This document shows, one piece after another, positions 55,654 to 64,000 of a stretch of DNA of 64,000 nucleotides. Source of the DNA: Eledone cirrhosa (taxonomy: Eukaryota); NCBI GenBank assembly GCA_964016885.1, contig OZ024754.1, positions 13,764,001 to 13,828,000 of the forward strand, given 5' to 3'. The notes below the pieces were generated by a model. It saw only the letters and a list, made by a program, of their open reading frames with translations. It was not told the origin of the DNA and made no database searches. Position 1 is the first letter of the stretch. The number at the start of each line of letters is the position of its first letter. The translations under genes and the position numbers were made by a program.

Positions 55654-56240
55654 TAATTATATATATATAATTGTCTATATATATATATATATATCTTATA
55701 TTTGTGTTTTGACCTTTATTATCTACTTTGATGATTCCAGCTTGTGCTAGGATGAAACGATCATAAGTGATTAAATATTTTAAACACTCTTTGATTGTTA
55801 TTTATAATGTATTTACAATATATATATATATTATATATATATATATAAATATATATATATATGTATATATATATAAATAATGAAGGAAATGTGGTAAGGA
55901 ACCAAATGGACCATAACGCACCAAAGCACTCAATACTTAGGGTAGTAGAGTGGGTAATAGGAACAAGTAGGACCCCGACGGCTGAGCTCAGCCGTCGGGG
56001 TCCTACTTGTTCCTATATATATAAATATATATATATAAATGTATATATATATATAAATGTATATATATAAATATATATACATACATAAAAATTATTTATT
56101 TGTGGGTATAAAATTCTTGGCTTGCTTTCTCTGCCAAAAAATTATTTGATTTATTAGTGCAATCTACAATCTGAAATTGAAAAGAAAAATATCTCTTTTT
56201 CACTCTCTTCCAAAATAGTAACTAAATAATTAAAAGAAAA

Positions 56241-58800
56241 ATAATTGTTTCTACTTTTGGCACAAGACCAGCAATGACCCAGTGTATTACTGGTACTTCA
56301 TTTTATCGACCTTGTAAGGATGAAAGTTAACCTCAGAGGGATTTGAACTCGGACTGTAAAGGGCCGTAACTCTATGCTGCAAAGCATGGTGCCCGACCCT
56401 CTACCGATACTGCCAATCCACTGCTCTTGCAGAACAATAAAGAACAATAATTGTTTCTACTTTTGGCTCAAGGCCAGCAATTACCCAGTGTATTACTGGT
56501 ACTTTATTTTATCGACCTCGTAAGGATGAAAAGCAAAGTTAACCTCGGCGGGATTTGAACTCAGAATGGCAAGGGACAGAACTATGCTGGAAAGCATGGC
56601 GTCCGACCCTCTACCGATACTGCCAATCCACAAAGAACAATAATGAATACAGAACAGAGGGCAGTAACTAAATACCACAAAGTATTTCGTCCGACACTCT
56701 ACCGATTCTGCCAAGCCACGGCTCTGATTAAGTGATTATAACAACAAACAATAATACTCACTGGCCAAAATGAGAGTGACCAAACAGAGAATAAAACAGA
56801 TGACGTTGAAGATAAACTGAAGGCATCCATCTGTACAGTGAATCAACAACATTATTATCGGCTGAAAGAGTTGGTAGAGGGTTGGACATGCTTTCCAGCA
56901 TAGTTACGTCCCTTTACGATCTGAGTTCAAATCCCGCCGAGGTCAACTTTACCTTTCATCCTTACGAGGTCGATAAAATAGAATACCAGTAATGTACTGG
57001 GTAATTGCTGGCCTTGTGCCGAAAGTAGAAACAATTATTATCAGCTGAAAGAGAAAAAAACAATTTGAACTCGGAACGTAACGGGCCGTAACTCTATGCT
57101 GCAAAGCATGGTGTCCGACACTCTACCATTACTGTCAATCCACTGCAGTAATAATAACTCAACACAGTTTTAATTTTAACCATCTTGTTGGAAAAATTGA
57201 ATTTAATTGTATAAAACAGCAACATGTTTTCAAATACACATGTAAAGGTATTATACACATGTAAAGGTGTTATACACATGTAAAGGTATTATACACATGT
57301 AAAGGTGTTATACAAATAGAAAATATGATATATAAAACACACATATATTTTACAAATTAAAACAATAGACAAAGAACGTTGAAACCAAAATCAAAAATAA
57401 GAAGAGCTTACTTTCTTTTCTTCCTCCCTTTCTTTCTTTCCTACTTAGAATGCATTAATTATCTGACCAATAGGGCGGTGGATTGCAGTATCGGCAGAGG
57501 GTCTGACACCATGCTTTGCGGCAAAGAGTTACGGCCCTTTACGGTCTGAGTTCAAATCCAGCGGAGGTTAACTTTGCCTTTCATCCTTACGGGGGTCGAT
57601 AAAATAAAGTACCAGTAATACACTGGGATAATTGCTGGCCTTGTGCCAAAAGTAGAAACAATTAATTATCTGACCAATTTAAAAGTAAAGTTTGTTTAAA
57701 AATGTGTATAATAATTGTTTCTAGTTTTGGCACAAGGCCAGCAATTACCCCAGTACATAATGGTTTCTGACTTAGGCACAAGGCCAACAATTTTTTGGAG
57801 GGGAGGGGAAATTTTATTAAATCGACCCCAGTGCATTACTGGTACTTTATTTTATTGCCCTCGTAAGGATGAAAGGCAGGATTTGAACTCAGAAAGTAAA
57901 AGATCTTAACTATATGACACAAACCACGGTGTCCAACACTCTACCAATTCTGACAATCTTAGGCCTTTCAATAATAATAAATGTTTCTACATTTGACACA
58001 AGGTCGACAATTTGGGAGATGGGAAAAGTCAATTAAATCGACTCCAGTATTTAACTGGTACTATATTTTATCAACCCTAAAAGGATGAAAGGAAAACTTG
58101 ACCAGGCCAGGAATTCAATTCAGATATGTAGAATCATCATCATCATCATCATCGTTTTAACTAAATACCCCAAGGTATTATCATCATCATCGTTTTAACT
58201 AAATGCCCCAAAGTATTATCATCATCATCGTTTTAACTAAATACCCCAAAGTATTATCATCATCATCATCGTTTTAACTAAATGCCCCAAAGTATTATCA
58301 TCATCATCATCGTTTTAACTAAATACCCCAAAGTATTATCATCATCATCGTTTTAACTAAATACCCCAAAGTATTATCATCATCATCATCGTTTTAACTA
58401 AATGCCCCAAAGTATTATCATCATCATCATCGTTTTAACTAAATACCCCAAAGTATTATCATCATCATCGTTTTAACTAAATACCCCAAAGTATCATCAT
58501 CATCATTGTTTTAACTAAATGCCCCAAACCACTGTCTGCCGCTCTACTGATTCTGCCAATCAACTACTTTATAAAAATAATGTTTTCTGATTTAGGCACA
58601 AGGCCAACAATTTTTGTGGAGGAGAAAGTCGATTAAATCGGTCCCAGTGTATTACTGGTACTCTATTTTATCGACCCCATAAGGATGAAAGGTAAAGCTA
58701 ACTTCAGTAGGATTTGAACTCAGAATATAAAAGGCCATAACTCTATGCCACAAAGCATGGTGTCTGACTCTTTACCAAAACTGCCAATCCACCAATAATA
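56241..58800. mobile_element. Dense cluster of ~9 SINE family A copies and fragments in both orientations
   Basis: Copies near 56241(-), 56447(-), 56650(-), 56870(+), 57062(-), 57472(+), 57712(-), 57980(-) and 58580(-). Confidence 0.85.
58134..58530. repeat. 38-41-bp minisatellite, ~10 copies
   Basis: Unit (CAT)nCGTTTTAACTAAAT(A/G)CCCCAAAGTATTAT. Confidence 0.93.
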
Positions 58801-59227
58801 ATAACAATATAATCCTTTTATAAGAAAGAAACTATTTTGTTTATATTGAAAATCCCGTCTTTTCTTTAACCCTTTGACATTTACATTACTCTATATTTAC
58901 TATTGGATTTTCATGGTAAAGGCTTTACCTCACATAATATCGAATCTATGAGATTTTGATATCATTTATTTTGAGAACAATACCTTAACATCAGTATGAG
59001 TGGTCAGTTACAGCCGGTTTGAACAGAAAGAGGTGAGAGAATTCTGGCCAGATACGGAATAGAAAAAGAGTAAACTCTTTAAATTAGCTGCTATGTTCAG
59101 AATTGTTGTCACACAGTTTATTTAGAAAAAAAAAAAAAAGCTTACTTCTTTCCAGCTTTACAAACAAATGATTAACTGGAGGCATGACTAAGTTAAAATC
59201 TGAATTACTTAACCCAGAAAATTACTA

Positions 59228-59259
<32 letters not shown>

Positions 59260-59408
59260 CATCATTTTATGTCCGCTTTTCCTGGCTTGCAAGGGTGGGA
59301 CGGGAACTGATTCTGGCTTGATTTCTACAGCTGGATGCCCTTCCTAACACCAACCTCATTTACAGTGAGTGCTGGGTGCTTTTATATATATATATATATA
59401 TATATATA

Positions 59409-59720
59409 ATATCAATGATATTAATAAATGGAAACTATATTTATAAAATCATATTTATTCTATTATATATATTTCAAGGGTACCAAAACTTTGGTACGCT
59501 CTCATCAGATAAAATACAAAGTTTGTTTTATAAATATTGACATATCCAGGAATGAGACCTTACCTTTCACTATCCAGGTAAAACTTCAACCGTTAAGGTC
59601 TCATTCCTGGATATGTCAATATTTATCTGATGAGAGCGTACCAAAGTTTTGGTACCCTTGAAATATATATAATAGAATAAATATGGTTTTATAAATATAG
59701 TTTCCATTTATTTATATCAT

Positions 59721-59727
<7 letters not shown>
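59409..59727. mobile_element. Inverted-repeat module with two hammerheads (HHR - 59459-59513, HHR + 59622-59676)
   Basis: TTTAT-CTGATGA-GAGCGTACCAAA gt TTTGGTACCCTT-GAAA-TATATA-TA-ATAGA, with its complement in the left arm. Flanked by (TA)n. Related fragments lie at 30017-30080 and 34496-34570. Confidence 0.82.
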
Positions 59728-59785
<58 letters not shown>

Positions 59786-60055
59786 CACACACACACTTTT
59801 CTGTACTACTGAGTGTAGAGGACTATGCATGTATACATGCACATATATATGTATGTACATATGTATGTATAGATACAAGTGTGTGTATATATGATGTATT
59901 TTTTCTTCCATATATAATTTTTAAAAAAAAAGGAAAACTATACACATACATACACATGTATATATATATATATATATGCATACATACATATATATTTATA
60001 TGTATACAAAAGGTATATATGGAAAGAGTATAAATAGTCAAGATGTATAGACAGT

Positions 60056-60788
60056 ATGTGTGTGATTGGTATTTTAACGATAGTTATAGCTCTGATTTAT
60101 CTGAATTATTGAGCCCTCTGCCGCTCATATCGAATTTTGTTTATCGTGAACTCGTGCGCTGATTTTTCGATATTCGATTATTCTACTATATTTAGCTCTA
60201 GACTTAGCTATTGACCAGTTAATTTTATTGTTCATTTTTTGTCGATTCTATTAAATGATGAATAGCTCCTGTTTATTTTAACATGTCTATTGAGCACTCT
60301 TATTCGATATGTGATTTTCCACATTTTCCCGAATATTTTTTGCGGATATAGAGGTTATCTCCCTTGCTGAATTCCATGTGCGTTTTAAGCTTGGGTTGTG
60401 CCTTTTTATTCGTTCGGACAAAAGCTCGTTGAGAAAGTAATTCCTGTCCGCTGCTTTCTAGAAGTCTTATATATTTTTATGTGGGCTGATAGTGGGCGAT
60501 TTAAGGATTTACAGAAACCCAAGAAGCTAGATTTACCATCTTTCTAGCGGGTCCGGGTAAGCTTTTTACATTCATATGATTTATTGATATTTTATCTGAG
60601 TGACCCGAATCTTCCAGATCGTAATTTTTTCGGTCGTATGGTTGATTTTAGACATAATCTATGTGTGTTGGTATTTTAACGATAGTTATAGCTCTGATTT
60701 ATCTGAATTATTGAGCCCTCTGCCACTCATATCGAATTTTGTTTATCGTGAACTCGTGCGCTGATTTTTCGATACTCGATTATTCTAC

Positions 60789-60792
<4 letters not shown>
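60056..60792 (-). mobile_element. Decayed Penelope-like element fragment with ~130-bp direct repeats
   Basis: Direct repeats at 60056-60190 and 60661-60792. Minus-strand remnants LYI..GKCGKSHIE, GAIHHL and INWSIAK..YRKIS resemble a GIY-YIG C-terminus. Confidence 0.5.
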
Positions 60793-60886
<94 letters not shown>

Positions 60887-61468
60887 CATATACATACATA
60901 TAGATATACATATATACATACAAATATATTATATATATATATATATATATACATATATACATACAAATATATTATAGATATATATCTATATATATGTATC
61001 TATCTATATATATATAGATAGATAATCATTACCATCACTGTTTAAATAGACATTAAACAGTGATGGTGACACTGATGATGATGATGATATATATATATAT
61101 ATAAAGAGAGAGAGAGACTGAGATGTATCTATCTATATATATAGCTAGATAATCATTACCATCAGTTTAAATAGACATTAAACAGTGATGGTGACACTGA
61201 TGATGATGATATATATATATATATATATAAAGAGAGAGAGAGACTGAGAGAACATAAACAGCAGATATACATATAAACTGCCAATGTAAACAAGATATAT
61301 AAACAGTGTACAGGACAAAACATTATATAAAAATACAATTGTTAAATTAGAAAAAAAAAAAAAGTAATATAAGATTCAAATAGCTGGCGTGGAGAAAAAG
61401 CAGATGCATATAGCTATATAAATTATAAATAAATATAACAAATAATAGTTTATATATGAGTGTGTGAG

Positions 61469-61514
<46 letters not shown>

Positions 61515-61551
61515 AGTGTCTGAGTGTGTGCGTGTGTATATATATATATAT

Positions 61552-61604
<53 letters not shown>

Positions 61605-61722
61605 TTCACAAAACTAACTACATGTTCCAACATAAGTCTGAAATGCAGTGCAGATCTTTAGGCTTGAAAAAATAAATAAATATTGATAAACATTTGAAAA
61701 AGAAGAAAAAAAAGAAATGGAA

Positions 61723-61775
<53 letters not shown>

Positions 61776-62652
61776 ATGTGCAATAATTTCAATCACAAAA
61801 CCGATCTCAGATTTAAGTTGTTTGTAGTTTTTTTTTCTTTTTGATTTAGGAATATAAATACTAAAATAAAATAGCAATCATCAGGCAAATTAGCTGTGAG
61901 GTTCCCAAATGCTGGAAAAACTTGTAACAACAGTCAATCACTATGGATAATAGTTGAGGAAATTGTGTAAATTACCCTTAAAGATGTAAAAAAGTGGACA
62001 GGGATGCCTACAGGTAATCAAGCCCCATATCTCTCAAATAACATGCAAGTGTGTTACCATTATATTAAGAAGGTGACCGACACCCCTTGTCTTTCTTGAA
62101 GGAGTTATACTATAAAGCTTGCAGTTAGAGCATAGCTAGATGTAAATAAACCAGACAAATTATGGAATTACAGGTGTGTTTAAAATTTGAAAATGTGACA
62201 ATCCCAAACAAAAAATAACTCACATAACAGTTGATCGCCAAAGACAAATATTGAGAAAATTTGGGTAAATTATCCATAGGATGGACAGAGATTTTTCCAT
62301 CCCTAAAAAAAAAAATTACCAGATTTTTTTCAGCTATTACCTGTACTGAGCAACTGTTATTGCAGTTATTTTCTATGTTTGGGACTTTCATATTTTCAAA
62401 TATAAAACACCCTCAGCTCTTTGAAAATTCATAGAGTTTAAAACTTTATAACAAGACATTTCAAGCCACAGAAGTCAAGAAATATGCAAACATGCGGTAT
62501 TTTGCCTGTCACAGCTTATCACTATTTTACAAGTTTTCTAAATTTACCAACAACTACAAATAGAACTTTCTCTCCTTCTCTTTTACATTGTATTTACAAA
62601 CATGAGAAAAAAAGTACTCATTACACACACATATATATATATATATATACAT

Positions 62653-62683
<31 letters not shown>

Positions 62684-62688
62684 CACAT

Positions 62689-62722
<34 letters not shown>

Positions 62723-63046
62723 TAAAATCTGATTTATCACACAGTTGCTTCTTAGAGCTCCTCATAAGCCACAAGTCATACCTGTTATGTTGTATGGCCA
62801 GCAAAGGACAATAAACTGAGTATTAGCAACTGTGTGACATATTGAATTTTAATATATATATATATATATATATACATATATTCATACATACATATATATA
62901 TATACATACATATATATACAGACATATGCACACGTATGGACACATATATACATACATATATATACTCATGTACATGAATGTATGTATTGTCCTCTGTTAT
63001 TTTTTGTAAGTTTATCATATATATATGTGTGTGTGCATGTGTATAA

Positions 63047-63085
<39 letters not shown>

Positions 63086-63111
63086 TATGTGTGTGTGTGA
63101 ATATATGTATA

Positions 63112-63156
<45 letters not shown>

Positions 63157-63492
63157 AGTTCTGTTTTATAGCAATATGAAATTTATTCTATAGAAGGCTT
63201 TGCGTTGATATTTGATTCATTTAAATTATTTTTTTTTTTTTTTTTTTTTTTTCTAGGGTGTTTTTTGTTCAAATATACATTTTCTTCAAAGAAATATTTT
63301 TTCCTTCTGCAAAAATAGCACCATATGTTCAGTATCGATGTTGAACACTCGACGATGATACCAAAAGAAAAATAACAGCAACATTTCCACCGCCAGATCG
63401 CTGTCGAGTGTAATAGTAGTGGTGGTGATGGTGGTATAAGGCAGGATTTATATCGTTTGGCGGTGTGGTTACAGTGAATTTGTTAGTCTACA

Positions 63493-63585
63493 TTAGGCAG
63501 CAGCAATGACTATTATAACAATAACTGTCAGCACTGTAGTGAAGAACACATGGATAAAGAGGCAACATTTCTTGAATCGCCGACC
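63493..63585 (-). CDS. Candidate terminal coding exon of a tail-anchored membrane protein (SNARE-like C-terminus)
   Basis: (CT)n tract plus a TTTCCAG acceptor, then GRRFKKCCLFIHVFFTTVLTVIVIIVIAAA*: a basic patch, a Cys pair, a hydrophobic helix and an immediate stop. Upstream exons are not identified and may lie outside the window. Confidence 0.55.
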   Translation of the reverse strand, partial: GRRFKKCCLFIHVFFTTVLTVIVIIVIAAA

Positions 63586-64000
63586 CTGGAAATAATGGAG
63601 AGAGAGAGAGAGAGAGATAGAGAGAGAGAGAGGTAAGGCGAGAGAAAGAAATATTAATACAGTGAAATTCTGTTGTAATGAAAATCACAAGGTATAAAAA
63701 AAATTTGTTGTAATGAAAAATTCTTTATAACGAGATTGTCCCACCCTTACAAGCAGGGAAAAGCAGACGTATGATGATGATGATGACTGAAACACATTGA
63801 ACGTATGGTTGGGGATTGAGAAAAATGTTGTTATACTGAAGTATTCTTTATAATGGAATTTTACCTGTATACAAAATTATGGGGGATATTTTCAGCAAAA
63901 ACAAAATAAAAAGGTTTAAAAAAAAAAAAAATTTCTAATTTCTAATGTAAAAGGTCATCAATTTTCAGAAAGGAAGGGCCAGGTCACAAGGACTCTTCAG

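Noticed and set aside
63229-63253. Poly(T) run as a retrocopy tail
   Set aside because: No TSD or adjoining processed sequence was recognised.

Overview
AT-rich, microsatellite-saturated eukaryotic DNA that is almost entirely repeat-derived. The SINE/RTE repertoire looks like an octopod cephalopod; this is inferred from recollection of Octopus repeats and was not checked. Nearly all long ORFs in the supplied track are translations of simple repeats. The real coding remnants are transposon-derived: two RTE LINE fragments, an L1/Tx1 3' end, a CRE-type endonuclease, a Penelope-like (PLE) GIY-YIG ORF, a second decayed PLE and a deleted mariner. There are also Helitrons, MITEs and many tRNA-derived SINEs. 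One plausible host exon, encoding a tail-anchored membrane protein C-terminus, lies at 63493-63585 (-). The most striking hidden structure is 13 minimal type-I hammerhead ribozyme motifs with recognisable cores and stems, some partly decayed, plus several degenerate ones. Ten of them lie within 30.1-35.8 kb. They sit in short ORF-less modules embedded in (TA)n. Several modules are long DNA palindromes carrying one hammerhead per strand, with arms that share private variants. In two families the palindrome centre coincides with a small native hairpin, which points to fold-back synthesis. A second theme is that most minisatellites can be traced to pieces of mobile elements present elsewhere in the window.
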